The translations under genes were made by a program, and so were the position numbers. From assembly GCF_009914755.1 (NCBI RefSeq), contig NC_060930.1: a DNA stretch of 64,000 nt. One strand, written 5' to 3'. Below the pieces are notes generated by a model. That model made no database searches, was not told the origin of the DNA, and worked only from the letters and a program-made list of their open reading frames with translations. Of the stretch, positions 1 to 16,225 are shown in pieces. The stretch's first letter is position 1; every line of letters starts with the position of its first letter. This DNA comes from the human T2T-CHM13v2.0 reference genome, Homo sapiens.

Positions 1-415
1 CCAATATGAGGAACACACCACTTGGAGTACCACTCTAATAATCATTGCGTATAGACTATCAGTTTGCAATTCTACTTCCTGCTTCAATACATTACTATTT
101 AACCACAATGTTTTCTAATCACAAATATTAACTTTTATCGACTTTACTTTCAGTATCTATGTATATGTAAAATTATTACATTTTTACGGATTAGTTGATA
201 AATTACTAGGTTTCCTAGTGCTGAATCTTTGTTATATAACCAGAATAAAATGCAATCTATTATGCTGTGAAATTGTTAATCATTTGCTTAGAATTTTGTT
301 TACTCGGAACACTTTTATTATTATCCACATGCAAGCTTGGCTTGTTGACATTTTAAATGCTATATTTTTGGAACACTAATATCAAGGTTATGTTTGCCTC
401 ATAAAAGAAACTGAT

Positions 416-634
416 GGGAGGCTGAGGCAGGTGGATCACCTGAGGTCAGGAGTTCGAGACCAGCCTGGCTAACATGGTGAAACCTGATCTGTACTAAAAA
501 CACAAAATTAGGTGGGCACCTGTAATCCCAGCTACGTGGGAGGCTGAGGCAGGAGAATCACCTGAACCTGGGAGGCGGAGGTGGCAGTGAGCAGAGATTG
601 TACTTCAGCCTGGGTGACAGAGCAAGGCTCCATC
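416..634 (+). mobile_element. AluS-type SINE, 5'-truncated
   Basis: GGGAGGCTGAGGCAGGTGGATCACCTGAGGTCAGGAGTTCGAGACCAGCC...GCAAGGCTCCATC; AGAAACTG on both sides as a possible TSD. Confidence 0.9.
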
Positions 635-845
635 AAAGAAAGAAAGAGAGAGAGAGAGAGAAAGAGAGAAAAGAAAGAAAGGAAGGAAGGAAGGGAAAGA
701 AAGGAGGGAGGGAAAGAGAGGAGAGAAAGAAAGAGAGAAAGAGAAAGAGAGCAAAAGAAAGAAAGAGAAAGAGAGAGAGGAGAGAGAGAGAGAAAGAGAG
801 AGAGAGAAAGAGAGAAAGAAAGGAAGAAAGAAAGAAAGAGAGAAA
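635..845 (+). repeat. GA-rich low-complexity tract (expanded Alu tail)
   Basis: About 210 nt of only G and A: (GAAA)n, (GA)n, (GGAA)n. Confidence 0.95.
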
Positions 846-1029
846 CTGGGAGTTTTTCCATTTCTCTTATCTAGAACTGGTCAAATAGCATTGATTAGAT
901 TACATTCAAAGCATAGTAGAATTTTCTTTGCCACTCTCTAGTCTGATTTTTTTTCAGGAAGTAACACTTTGACAGCAACTCCTATTTCTTCTGTGGCATT
1001 TGGCTTACTTATGTTTTCTTACAGTCAAT

Positions 1030-1285
1030 GTAGTAAGCTGGCTGAAAGCATGGAAGCTGGTGCCAGACAACCATGGTTAGACTCTTTATTCCATCACTTA
1101 CTAGCTATGTGTCCCTAGGCAGGTCGCTTCTTCTGTGCCTCTATTTCTTCATTTGAAAAATGGCAGTAATTAAAATAATAAGCATAAGAATACCTCATAA
1201 GTTGTTGCAAAGAATAAAAGAGTTAAGGTCTGTAAGCTCTCAGAACAGTGCCTGGCACAGAAAAAAAACAACATTTAGTGCTATT
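1030..1285 (+). mobile_element. MIR SINE
   Basis: CACTTACTAGCTATGTGTCCCTAGGCAGGT...TCTGTGCCTCTATTTCTTCATTTGAAAAATGG...AGAACAGTGCCTGGCACAG. Confidence 0.85.
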
Positions 1286-1299
1286 GTTTTATTTCTTCT

Positions 1300-3100
<1,801 letters not shown>

Positions 3101-4902
3101 TTATCAGTTTTAAAACCTATTTTGACCATTAGCAACAAAAGATAAGGAGAATAACATGCTTTTAGTATTCATCCCTTCTATCTCGATGGGCCTGTGATAT
3201 AGAACTAGGCATGCTTCTTGCTGCTGCACCTGGAAGATTCTATCTCTTCCAAATCTTCAACTCTACCACCATCAATGACAGAAATCACTTAGTCCACCTC
3301 AGTTCCTGCCTACTCTCTGGATGATCAGGGAGACTCAACACACTCAGTGGGTGGAAAGCTCTTCCCAGTCTGCTGCTTCCCAGAATTCATCCAAGAACTC
3401 CAAGAAAAGCAGCAAAAGCTCTGCACTGTTCTCTCTGCCTAGACCCCAAGAAAGCCCAAAACCTTACTTGTACCCAACTGCCTATAGGCCCACTGCTGCT
3501 GTATTTTTGCTTTATGTTTAATTATTTACCCTTCATACAACTATTTATGGGAGAGAAGGGAGCATTTGAGGAGCTGAATTTATTGAATCATCTAAAAATG
3601 GCATTTTTGCTAGAAGTAAGTTTGTTGTTATTGTTTTTTTTTTTTCTCTATAAAATATTTCCCATGGACCTTAAGATTAGAATTATGTTAGTGCCTCTGT
3701 CTTCTAGATATTGCTTATGTAAACGCCTCAAATAAGGGGTATTATTATTGCCAGCACCACTATTTAGTAACTGTAGGCTTTTTGGTTCTGTATAAATTAA
3801 ATCATTTTAGTTTTTAAAATTATATATTTTTGTTTATTTCCTGTTGCAGACAGAATGGAATTAGAATCAGACTCACCATATCTTCTTTAAAAAACACATA
3901 TTTGTATACGAAAGAGAAAAAATACTTTCCCCTTATTACAAGCATTGCTTTGACCCTTTACTAGCAGTTGTTTATTCTAACAGCCTTCTTCCTGCTCTGC
4001 TTCCAAGCTCAAAACGTTCTTGAATGTGATCCTAACACAAAGAAAGCTTGGCTGTTAGTAAAGTGCCAGAGTCCGTCCTTTATCCCTAGGATCGGTTGGT
4101 CAGAAAAATACCCAAAATTACATCGTTTTATATTTCAATTATAGGAAAGATCAAACATGCTAAGACAATTAAAATGCAAGCTGATATCATGTGGCTTCAC
4201 TTTACAGATAAGAATGAAAACCAAGGGTCTTTAACATTGCTTAATCCAGCTGTAGTTACAATTCTAATCCTCAATGTTTATATCACAAGCTTGAATTATC
4301 CCTATTATATTCTGTGTAGCAAGCATCCTTAGGTACCTTCCAGGCTTTAGGGACAGGGGCCAGAACGTACACTCTCTCTGCTATCTTAGTCAAGGGTCCT
4401 CAGAAAAATTGGCATTTGCTATGCCCCACCACACCCATTTATTACCGGCCCAAGTAATTTCCTGTCAGGCATTCATCTGAATCTAAACCTCAGCATTATG
4501 AACACTCACTAGCCTCATTTTTCAAAAGTTCAATTATTTAGACTAGGTAGTGTCTCTAGAGTCATAGAGCTGAAAAAATTCTGGTGTTATCACTGTTACT
4601 TCAAAAGCTGATTCTCGTTCCACAGAATGAAATATTTATTCCCTAGAGAAGCTGAGGACGCTAAAGAGCATGTTTAAGTCGTCTGCCCATTATCGCTTCT
4701 GAACGCTTCTACTGCTTGTTCCATTAGACAATTCAGAGACTCAAAGCCAGAAGTTTTTATCCCCAAGTGAAAAGTCCTGCATTTGGTCTAAAATTGCAAA
4801 TATACTGAAGTGCCAGAAAATGACATTCTGAAATTGGCCAAAGGGTTTTATTTAACATCAGAGCACTGAGAGCATTTCTGAACTAGCACCAAAATTTTAT
4901 CT

Positions 4903-5190
4903 TTTTTAAAGACAGGCTCTAGCCCTGTCACCCAGGTTGGAGTGTAGTAATGTGATCATAGCTCACTGCAGCCTCAAATTCCTGGTTTCCAGTGGTCCTC
5001 ACACCACAGCCTTCCAAGTAGCTGAGGCTACAGGTGTGTGCCACCAAGCCTGGCTAATTTTTCAATTTTTTGAGAGATGGGGATCTCACTATGTTGCCCA
5101 AGCTGGTCATGAACTACTGGCCCCAAGTGATCCTCTCCATTCAGTCTCCCAATTCATTAGAATTACAGGTGTAAGCTACTGCACCCAGCT
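4903..5190 (-). mobile_element. AluJ SINE
   Basis: ATCATAGCTCACTGCAGCCTC; flanked by AAAATTTTATCTTTT / AAAACTTATCTTTT TSD-like repeats. Confidence 0.9.
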
Positions 5191-5575
5191 AAAAACTTAT
5201 CTTTTATAATGATATTCTTTGTATCAATGCGTTTCCTGACACATCAATACTTAATTGTTCTAGCCAGTAAGACTTTGTTTTCATACAACCATGGTTTAAC
5301 CTAACTTGTGGTTCAAAAATAGATCGTCATGATTTTTCTTTTTGGCACTGGGAAAGGCAAATCATATCACCCTCTTACTTACCCAGGGGTTCTATCACTA
5401 GACTGTCTCCATTTATTTCTTCCATAGTGCTAGGTAGTTCTAGTTATTAAAAAATCTACAGTAACCAGTGTATTTTCAAGCTTAGACAGGTTCTGCTGGA
5501 AATGTTTTGTAAACTTACCATTTGAATAATTGAATTTTTGTCTTTTAAAAAATCAGTGGCTGTTAGATTCACGAG

Positions 5576-5577
<2 letters not shown>

Positions 5578-5611
<34 letters not shown>
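5578..5611 (+). repeat. (GT)n microsatellite
   Basis: About 17 GT units. Confidence 0.95.
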
Positions 5612-5618
<7 letters not shown>

Positions 5619-7194
5619 TCCTAGGGAAGACAGAAAGATAATACTCCAGGTTTTTCTGAACACTATTCGAAACTCATGCTATTCAGCAATTTAAGGCTTT
5701 CTTATGTTTCTATGGTTATTCTTTGATACATAAAGAATAGAAAAAAACAAGGAAAAAAAATAACCAAGGGGAAAAAAAGCAACCCTTGTTGATGGATGAA
5801 AATATGTTATCAAGAATGCTGAAGCAGCAAGAGAGAATAACACCATGATAATAATTCATAGTCACCTGAGGCACAAGGAACCACCCCGAGGCCAGCTGAA
5901 TGGCTTCAACACTCAGCAGACATAAACAGAGCAAATGCATTTTCTGTCTCCTGCATGGAATCATAGTTTTTGCAATACTCTCTATGGTAATGCTGCTAAA
6001 ATTTTCACAGTAACTGGCAAAGATCCTTCAACCTTCTGCCTATATAGAGTCTAATAAAATGTCCTGATCAATGTCTCATAGAGTGGTACACCAATCCTGA
6101 ATCCCCAACAGACATGAAATTTGGGGCAATTCACTAAGCCTGTGTGTGTGAGCTCTATGGCAACATCAGTTCAGAACAATTTCAACATGACCTTTGGACA
6201 AAACAGCAGACCATGTAGCAACAGTACAGGGGATCAAGATGAAATCACTCTTCTGTGGAGAAACAGAAACTCAGAACTTCAAGTATGCTTCTGAATGCCT
6301 AGTCCATTCACTCTACTCAGATGACTATTTCACAATATTTTTTTCTCTTCAATACTCCCACATCTCCTCTCCAAATTTCTAGCAGCAAAAACAGAAGCAC
6401 TCGGAAGACATCCTCCTCCTCCTAGTCCACCAAGTCCACCAAGATCAAGCATCTGTGCTCATGTATACCACAACCCTCCTGTATTATGGAGGAACAGCCT
6501 TTCTCCTAGATGAAGTCAATTCCTCCACCTGTGTCCTGGATCCCAGCCTTGCTTACCTACTCAGAAACTTGCTCCTGAAATTACCTATGTCATCTCCCCT
6601 GGGATCAAGTTCTCTCTGTTCACTAGAGCATTCTAATGACATAGCAATCATGTGACAATTCCCATCTTTAAAAAATCCTCTTGCAACCCCCATACCACCA
6701 GCTTTGCACACACTTCTTGCTCCCTTTCATAGCAAAAATAAAATAAAATGATTTTTATCCTCATTGCTGCCATGATTTTTAATCACCCACTCTCTCTTGA
6801 ACTCATCAGTTCAAGCATTTATCCCCACCACTCCACTGAAGCTAGTCTTGTTCTTGGTCAATAACGACATTCATATTGTCACATCCAATAGTCATGGTTA
6901 GCCCTCTTCTTATGTGATCTCTCAGCAGTATTTAACCCAACTGTTCACACTTTCTTCCTTCAAACACATTTCACTTGGATTTGGGGACAACATACTTTTC
7001 TGATTATCTTTCGCTTTCACTGACCGTTTCTTCTCAGTCTCCACCTTTTTTTTGGATGCTATGCATGTTCCAGATTTCTAAATATTGGCATACTCCAGGG
7101 CTCCATCTTGGACCATGTCTATTCTCTAACTACAGTTCGTCTCCAGGTGATCTCATACAGGACCATGTGTTAATATCATTCATAAATTAAATAA

Positions 7195-7552
<358 letters not shown>

Positions 7553-7814
7553 CAATATAATTCTTTTTATGTTGACAATATGGAAAAGATAACTCTAAGT
7601 GATAGCACTGTTATCCTAATTTCTCCAGCCAACAAACATAGAATAACCTTTGATTCTCATCTTTATCCCAGACCCCACCAGCAATCCATCAACAAACTGT
7701 GTCATCTCTAACTTCAACTTCTTACCTCTAGAACTCAGTCGTCATTATCTTTCACCTGGAAACTGATAAGCCTTTAAGTCGTCTCTCTGTTTCTTCTTTT
7801 GCCTTTCTACATCC

Positions 7815-8323
7815 ATATTCTGGTTATCTATTGCAATGTGACAAACTTTATTAGAGCACAGTAACTTGAAAACAACAATTTTATTGTTTTTCATATTTCC
7901 TTGTGTTGACAGGGCTTGGTTGACTGATTATTTAGCTGGTTTCACTTGGTGTCTTTAACACAGTTGGAGGTAGAGAGTTCGTTACTTGGACAATGAGAAA
8001 GCTGGACCTCCCTCTCTTTGTGAAGCCTCAGGGCCTGTCCTCTCAAGGCCTGTCCTCTCCATGTAGTTTTTCAGCAGAGTAACCAGGCTTCTCCCATGGT
8101 AGCTAAAGACTCCCAAAGTGAGTGGTTCAAGAAAGAGGAAGCAGAAGTGGACAGTCCTCATAAATGCTAGATCTGTAACTAGTACTACGTCTCTTCTGTC
8201 ACACTTATTCATTAACATATGTCAAAGGCCAGCCCAGACTCATGGTGGTGGGAGAGCACTTCACAAAAAATGACTTCTGAAGAGTATGGGCCATTGGGCC
8301 CCATCTTTGGAGGCTAGCTGCAC
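7815..8323 (-). mobile_element. MLT1-family (ERVL-MaLR) LTR
   Basis: Starts GGTTATCTATTGC...AACTTGAAAACAACAATTTTATT and ends CCATCTTTGGAGGCTAGCTGCACA. Confidence 0.7.
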
Positions 8324-8978
8324 ATTCTCCAGAGTTATCCTTTCAAACAGAAATCCCATCATGTTACCCTCTGCAATCAACACTCCCAAAGACTTTCCAT
8401 CTAACTCAAGATAAATTTCAAAGTCCTTAGCATGGCCTACCAGATCCTACATGGCCTTGCTCTTGGATGCCTGTCTAATATTATTCACTCTCACTCTCTG
8501 GAAACGCCACACATGGTGTTCTGGCTCTAAATTATCTGGATAATTGCCTCCATCCTTTAGTGCATCTGACATTTATAGTCTCAGGAGAACCACAGGAATC
8601 TCACATTTAAACAAAGTCACAGGTACAAGATGAAAGGATTAGAAATTACCATTGTTCCTGCAGAACTGAGACACTCACAAATAGAATTTCAATCACTTCT
8701 TCGAGCTTTATGGCCTATAAATGCCCATCATATTCATCACATCTCTTGACAATGGCATCACAGGCAGAATGGGAATTATTTTCCTCGTTTTTAGATTAAG
8801 AACCCAAATCTTTTAATCACAATGACTTGTCTAATGTCAGAGATGTAATAAGTGGTTGATCCAGAACATAGAACTAACTCTTCTAATTATTTGCTCAATA
8901 TTCTTGTTACTTTCTCATAATAAAAGAGGAGAGAGAAGAAACTCAGAGATACAAGACTATTGAAAAAGGAAAGACAAA

Positions 8979-9055
8979 ATGTATCAATTTATACTTGTAG
9001 TGTGCTGTCTGATCACCTATGTATCAATTTATACTTGTAGTGTGCTGTCTGATCA
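8979..9055 (+). repeat. Perfect 37-bp direct duplication with CCT spacer
   Basis: ATGTATCAATTTATACTTGTAGTGTGCTGTCTGATCA at 8979-9015 and 9019-9055. Confidence 0.97.
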
Positions 9056-9113
9056 ATTCAGTTACTGGATAAAAATTACAGTGCCAAGTGCTCCTTTGGA
9101 ACTTGCTTTTGTC

Positions 9114-9159
9114 ATTGTAAACACTAACCAGAGATAATTGTAAACACTAATCAGAGATA
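9114..9159 (+). repeat. 23-bp tandem duplication (1 mismatch)
   Basis: ATTGTAAACACTAAYCAGAGATA x2. Confidence 0.95.
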
Positions 9160-9763
9160 CAGGAATACAAAATGTAGTCTTCACAGAGCCTTTTTTTTTT
9201 TTTCAAGATGGACTAGGGTAAGTTGAACTTCTCTTTCTCCCTACCTGATATTTATTCATGTATCAGTATATTCACACTTTCCTTCCTCCTTTTGTACATT
9301 CAACAATATCTGTAAGTGACACACACCCCCGATTTATGCAGCTCTTTTGTAGGCCATGCCACCACTGCAAAATAAATAGAAGCCAGCACTTCTGCCTAAA
9401 AGGAGTTTGAATTGTAGCTGAAGGAATGAAAAATAGATACAAGGTGATATGAGAACAAAACAAGAGACTCAGCCACAAATGCAAAACAAAAGTAAAGGTG
9501 AATGTGTGAAAAGCTTTTTAAAAAGTTTATGACCTTATTGGAAGATCTAAAATTATACTGCTCCTAGGCATAGACTGCTCCTCACATCACAACCAAGCAT
9601 AAATGCTTCTCAATTGTTATTGAAACAGTTATTCCCTGCAAATAGTTGAGGGATATTATAAGATATATAAATTTTTAGTGAGTTTCTGAGCTATGTATTT
9701 GATCTAAATATTATATTATCAATCTGGCTCAAAATCTCACAATCTGGATTACAAAAAAACACA

Positions 9764-10794
9764 CAGTTAAGCCTTGAACAGCACAGCTTTCAACTGCATG
9801 ATTCCACTTATTTGCCAACTTTTTCCGTAAATATATTGGGAAAATTTGTGAAGGTTTGGGACAATCTGAAAAACCTCACAGATGAACCACATAGCCTAGA
9901 AATGTCAAAAAAAATTAAGAAAAAGTTTGGTATGTTATGATACTAGTGTATTTTATCATGTACTATAATAAAATATATATGTCTATTACAAAAAGTTAAA
10001 TACATCAAAACTCACACACAGACACAGACCACATAGGGTACCATTGGCAGTTGAGATAAATGTAAACAAATGTAAAGATGAAGTATTAAATCATAACTGT
10101 ATAAAAGTAACTGTACTAGGGTAATCATTTTATAACCATCTTTTTTTTGCTATTGCAGTGAGTTTAATGTTGTGACTAGCCACTTAAAATGCCCTGTCAT
10201 GCTAATCATCTCCAGCTGAGTAGTTTCTGTCTCCAGTAACTGGCATGTGGTAGTGAAAAGTGATCTCTCACTGTTCTCCTGTATTTTTCATCATGTTAAG
10301 CACAATACCATAAACTTTGAATAAAAAGTGCACACAGTGCCGCTGGAAGTGCTTCCGAGGAACAGATAAAAATTATGGCATTACAAAAAAAAAGCTGGAC
10401 TGCTCGATATATACCCTAGATTGAGGTCTGCAGCTACGGTTGCCCACCATTTCAGACAGACGAATCATCTTGTAAACGGATATCAACTTACTATATGGAT
10501 AAATACAGTACAACACTATGAATGTATTTTCTCTCCCTTATGATTTTCTTTATAACATTTTCTTTTCTCTAGCTTACTTTATTGTAAGAATACAGCCTAT
10601 AATACATGTAACACACAAATATGTACTATTTGACTATTTAAGTTATCATTAAGACTTCCACACAACAGGAGGTTATTAGTCGTTTAAGTTTTGGGGAAGT
10701 CAAAAGTTATACATGGATTTTTGACTGTGTGTGAGGGAGCAGTAGGGGGAGTAGGGGCAGTGTCCCAATCCCCACGTTGTTCAAGGACCAATTA
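9764..10794 (+). mobile_element. Tigger2-family (TcMar) non-autonomous DNA transposon
   Basis: TIRs CAGTTAAGCCTTGAACAGCAC and ACGTTGTTCAAGGACCAATTA followed by TA; about 1.03 kb. Confidence 0.85.
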
Positions 10795-11237
10795 TACTTC
10801 AAAACTTGCCTTATCCTGCAGACAAACATTCTCGTGTGCTTAAGATAAAAGATCAGAGAGAGCAGCCCCAAGTTTTTCATCATTAGCTTCTGAAGTCTGA
10901 TAATGCAAGCTGTCTTGCAGACAAGAGCAACCTCTCCTATAGAACCTCAGCCTCAAAGTAGGTTGTGATCTGACTAAATATAACAAGTTAGAGGAACAGA
11001 GTAGGGCACACTTCCAAAGCAGCATACCCAGAGATGTGTTGCTTTGGACACAGCCTGATACTTTGTTCAACAGCCAAGTGACTTGTCTACCCATTTTATG
11101 AGAGCCAGGGAAAAAGAGATATCGCTGATCTCAGTACCAGGAAGGATTGTACTTCTCCAGAGCCACTAGTTTTCAGACCCTATCAGACACATAACTGCTT
11201 ATGTTCCTTTTCCAGTAAGTGTATGACATTTCACGGT

Positions 11238-11941
<704 letters not shown>

Positions 11942-11951
11942 TAATTTATCT

Positions 11952-12483
11952 TGGAAAAGAGAAAAGCTGTCCTTGACAGCCAGGAGGTGGCCTGGCACTT
12001 AGAGCTATGCCTTGATGTTCTCCTCTGTAACATAATTTCAGAGAACATCAATATCAGACAGGGAAACTGTGTGACTATGATGGATTAAGCCAAAGACAAG
12101 ACCACTGCAAAACTGTGTCCAGATACAGACAAAATTATTGACGTCGTTCAAACCACAAAACTGTCTAAACACATCCCTGTTCTAGCTAAGATGAGTGGCT
12201 GATTTCAACCTCAGTCTAGTCTTCCCTCCTGGATGTGATTTAGCCAGATAGAAATAACCCCAGTCTCTGAGTATCCAATCCAGAGTAAAACCTGCTTCCT
12301 TAACTCTTCAAAAAATCACTAACCTCAAGCCCAAATTCTATGTAAAAAAAAAAAAAAAGTTTTTTCTAAACCCTTCTACTGAGGTGACTCAGTTTCCTGT
12401 GGCCTTTGTTGATACAAGCAGCAATTCCAACTTGTTCTGTTACAGGTAAATTTCTGATTGTCTTTGTCTAGAGAGCATTGACA
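11952..12483 (+). mobile_element. MER67-like ERV1 solo LTR
   Basis: GCTGTCCTTGACAGCCAGGA...CCAATCCAGAG...GAGAGCATTGACA resembles the recalled MER67 consensus. Confidence 0.7.
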
Positions 12484-13029
12484 ATCTCAATTTATTATAT
12501 GTATCATGAGTTGCTTTAAGTGATTTCTGGATCAAATCAAGGTGACACGCAATATTTACACAACAGTAGCATGAAATGTGAAACTTGAAAAGCCCAGTAA
12601 TAGTTTTGTATTTTAAACACATTCTCAATACTACTTTGACTGATTTCAATGTTTATTTTGGTATCGTATCGCTACAAACCAATATTGGATATCAAAAGCA
12701 CTTTGTGAATTGTTGTCTTACAGTATTAAATTTTCCTAAGTGGCTATACAATATCCTTTTCCTGAAGAAAACCATAGGTTTGTAATCATTGTCATTCTAG
12801 GTTCTATGAGTATTCTTTACTGATCAAACACTTTTTAACTGCCACTGCTAGTGCAAGCACAAAAAGAAAATATGTAGGATGTATAAATTCCATTTCAATT
12901 TAGGAGACAATTAAAAACTCAAACGATTTTTTAAAGGCCAGACAAATGGGATGGGGCCACAGAAAAGACATGCAAAGAGCAGACACGACATAATATGACA
13001 GACATAGATTTAAAAACAGAAGAGATTTA

Positions 13030-13500
13030 AGGTTCTCTTTCTAGCCAAGATGGAATAACAGATATTTCATTAACCCTCACTGAAACAATAAAAAAGGAAT
13101 AAATATAGAAAACAAAAGTCTTCAAGACATTGTATGTCCAGCAACAAAGAACAGTGATCCCTGAGAGACAGGAAACAAGGCGAGTCTACGGTTGCCCTGG
13201 CTTAGTGCCTTGAGTTTCCAGGCCATAGCACAGGAAGAGGAAACCGAGGCAGAGCATCTGAGCTGTGAAGAGAGGAAGCAAAGAGCCTAAGAAAAGCAAG
13301 GCAGCCAGAGCTCACCAAGCAGAATACTGGAGAGGTGAGGGCTGCACAGATAAAGAACCCTGGAATCTGCAGAGGGTGCCTCTTGAGTATTCAGCATAAT
13401 ACTGAACAGTGCAGAGGAAGCTATCAAAGGCTTGAAAAAGAACCACCCAGACACGATTAGAGGGAACAGTATCTGGCACTCATCCCAAGCTAAAAATATT
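13030..13500 (+). mobile_element. Old L1M 5'-UTR fragment
   Basis: CCAAGATGGAATAACAG...AAAGAACAGTGATCCCTGAGAGA; homologous to the reverse complement of 16060-16225. Confidence 0.6.
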
Positions 13501-13629
13501 TCCTATTTCTACTAACCAGATGGGAAACTATCATATTTTGTAGGGCACTGTGCAGAGTAGTTAAAACGTCCTCTAATCTAATATTTTTAAAAACCCACAA
13601 AGGTAGATGGTTTAGGAGGAAGAAAGGTG

Positions 13630-15059
13630 TTTTCACAATTTTATTTATCTTCTCGAAAATCAGCCTGATTTTCACTATTATTTTCCTGTTTTCTATTTAT
13701 CGTTTTCTTCTCTGACCTGTATTATGTTCTTTCTTTTGCTTACTTTGGAATTAATTTTCTCTTCTTTTTTAGTATCTTAAAGTAGAAGCTGAAGTCGTTA
13801 ATCTGAGACACTATTTTTTCTAGCATAGGACTTCAGTGCTGTGCATTTCCCTCTACATATTGCTTTAGCTACATCACACAAATTTTAATATGCTGTGTTT
13901 TCATTTTCATTCACTTCAACATACTTTTTAATTTTGCTTTTAAATTCTTTTTTGTCCCATAAATTATTTAGATGATCTCTAAGATTATCTCAGAGATATT
14001 TCTTTTTATTATTGCCTTGTACCTTAATTCTGTTTTGCTCAATGAACATATTTTCTATGAGTTGAAACTTTTAAATTTTTCTGAGACTCATTTTATGATC
14101 CAGGATATGGTTTTCCTTATGAAATATTCCATGTGCACTTATAAAAATGGACAGTTTGGTCTCGTTCAAAGAAATGTTCTATATATGTCAACTAGGTCAA
14201 ATTGCATGAGAGTATTAGTCAAATCTTCCATATCCTTACTGGTTTTCTGTCTACTTGGTTTGTCAATATTCAGAATGGGTATTTAAATATTCAGCACACA
14301 TTATGGATTTGTCTGTTTCTCCTTGGTGTGCTTTTAGTTCTTCAGTTTTTGCTTGATGTATTTTAGGTGCTGCTATTAAATGCATACATATTTGGAATTA
14401 TGCATTCTTAATGAATCATCCCTTTATGTCTTTTAAAACCTCTCTTTATTGCTGGTAATATTATTTATTCTGAAATCCACTGAACCTAACATAATATAGG
14501 TGCTCCAGATTTCCTTTGATTACTATTAGCATGGCATATTTTTAACCACCTTACTTTTTAACTTATTTGTTATTTTATCTTTTTTTCTTATTCCTTTTTT
14601 CTTTGGAGAATCTATTTTACATATATTAGGCTACATAAAGTTTTCCCACAGCTCTTTGATGTTATCTTCATTTTGTTCATTCCTTTCCTCTCTGTGTTTT
14701 ATTTTGAAGAATTTCTATTGCTAAATCTGTAAATTTTTCTTTTGCCGTGTCTAATGTGCTGTTAATCTAATCCAGTGTATTTATTATCTCCATTATTGTA
14801 GTTTTCATTTCAGGAAGTTTGATATAGAGATTTTTCCTATGTCTCTACTTAATATGCTCATCTCTTTCATAGCTTCCTAAACATATGAACTATAATGAAA
14901 ATAACTGTGTTACATTCTTGTCTAGTAATTCTATTATGTGTATTATTTGGGGATTGGATTTGGTTGATGGATTTTTTTCTTCATTATGGATCATATTTTC
15001 CTGCTTCTTTGGGACACTTTGTGTATTAGGGTTCTCTAGAGGGACAGAACTAATAGGAG

Positions 15060-15111
<52 letters not shown>

Positions 15112-16225
15112 TAACTCACATGATCACAAGGTCCCACAATGGGCCATCTGGAAGCTGAGGAGCAAGGAAGCCAGTCCGAGTCCCAAAGCTGAACAACTTG
15201 GAGTCTGATGTTCAAGGGCAGGAAGCATCCCACATCGGAGAAAGATGTAGGCTGGGAGGCTAAGCCAGTATAGCCTTTTCAGTTTTTATCTGCCTGCTTT
15301 ATATTCTAGCCACCCTGATAGCTGATTAGATTGTGCTTGCCCAGATTAAGGGTGGCTCTGCCTTTCCCAGCCCACTGATTCAAATGTTAATCTCCTTTGG
15401 CAATACCTCACAGACACATCCAGGATCAATATACTTTGCATCCTTCAATCCAGTCAAGCTGATACTCAGTATTAACCATCACATTTGTTAATGTGTTATT
15501 ATTATAAGCCAACATTATGAAATTTACCTTGCTGGATGCTAAATATTTTTGCATTTTTATAAATATTCTTAATCTTTTTTTCTGGAACAGAAGATAAGTT
15601 ACTTAGAAATAGTGAGATTTTTACAGGTCTTGCTTTTAAGCTTGGTTAGGGAGGAGCAGAGAAGCATTTATTTTAGTGTTAATTTTCCCCACTAATGAGA
15701 TAAAAGATATTTGTGTACTTTTCTTGATGCCCATGAATTAGGAGATTTCTTTTTTTACTCTGGTGAAAAAAGAACTATTCTCCACCCTAGTGGAAGCACA
15801 GTTGGCTCTTAATACTTTCAGGCTGTTCTTCATCTGGCCTCAGATAATTTCCTCACATGCGTGTACTGATTAGTAAACACCTGAAGTTTTGAGGGGGACC
15901 TATGCAGTTCTGTCTATATGCGGCACTCTCTTCTATTCTGCCATACTTAACTCAAGCCACCTTGTCCTCCAGGGACACCCAGCTCTCTCTTCCCAATTCA
16001 GGAGACCACCAGGTTCTGTTTGGATTCTTCCTCCCCATGTTGCAACCTCAAAACTTTCTTCAGGCAGGAAATTGAGGCAATTTTCAGGCTCACCTTGTGT
16101 GTTTCACATTTCCCAGGCATCACTGTTCTTTGTTTCCTGATGTTCAACAAATTGAAAATCATTTTCTCAGGCAAGAGGTTAAATCGAGTCTCTGTAACTC
16201 CATTTCCACTGAAAGCAAAAGTCCA
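13630..16225 (-). mobile_element. Old L1M (ORF2, ORF1 and 5'-UTR remnants), interrupted by MLT2A
   Basis: Antisense L1 motifs (TGCTTTAGCTACATCACACAAATTTTAATATGCTGTG; AAATGTTCTATATATGTCAACTAGGTC). Confidence 0.7.
15022..15483 (-). mobile_element. MLT2A-type HERV-L solo LTR with internal (CA)n
   Basis: TGTATTAGGGTTCTCTAGAGGGACAGAACTAATAGGA...CAGTATTAACCATCACA; TTTG on both flanks. Confidence 0.9.

Noticed and set aside
532-888. Three ORFs rich in K/E/R or L/S/F
   Set aside because: They are translations of the Alu end and the GA tract.
8979-9159. CRISPR-like or other repeat-spacer array
   Set aside because: Only two-copy duplications in mammalian DNA; no array and no cas genes.
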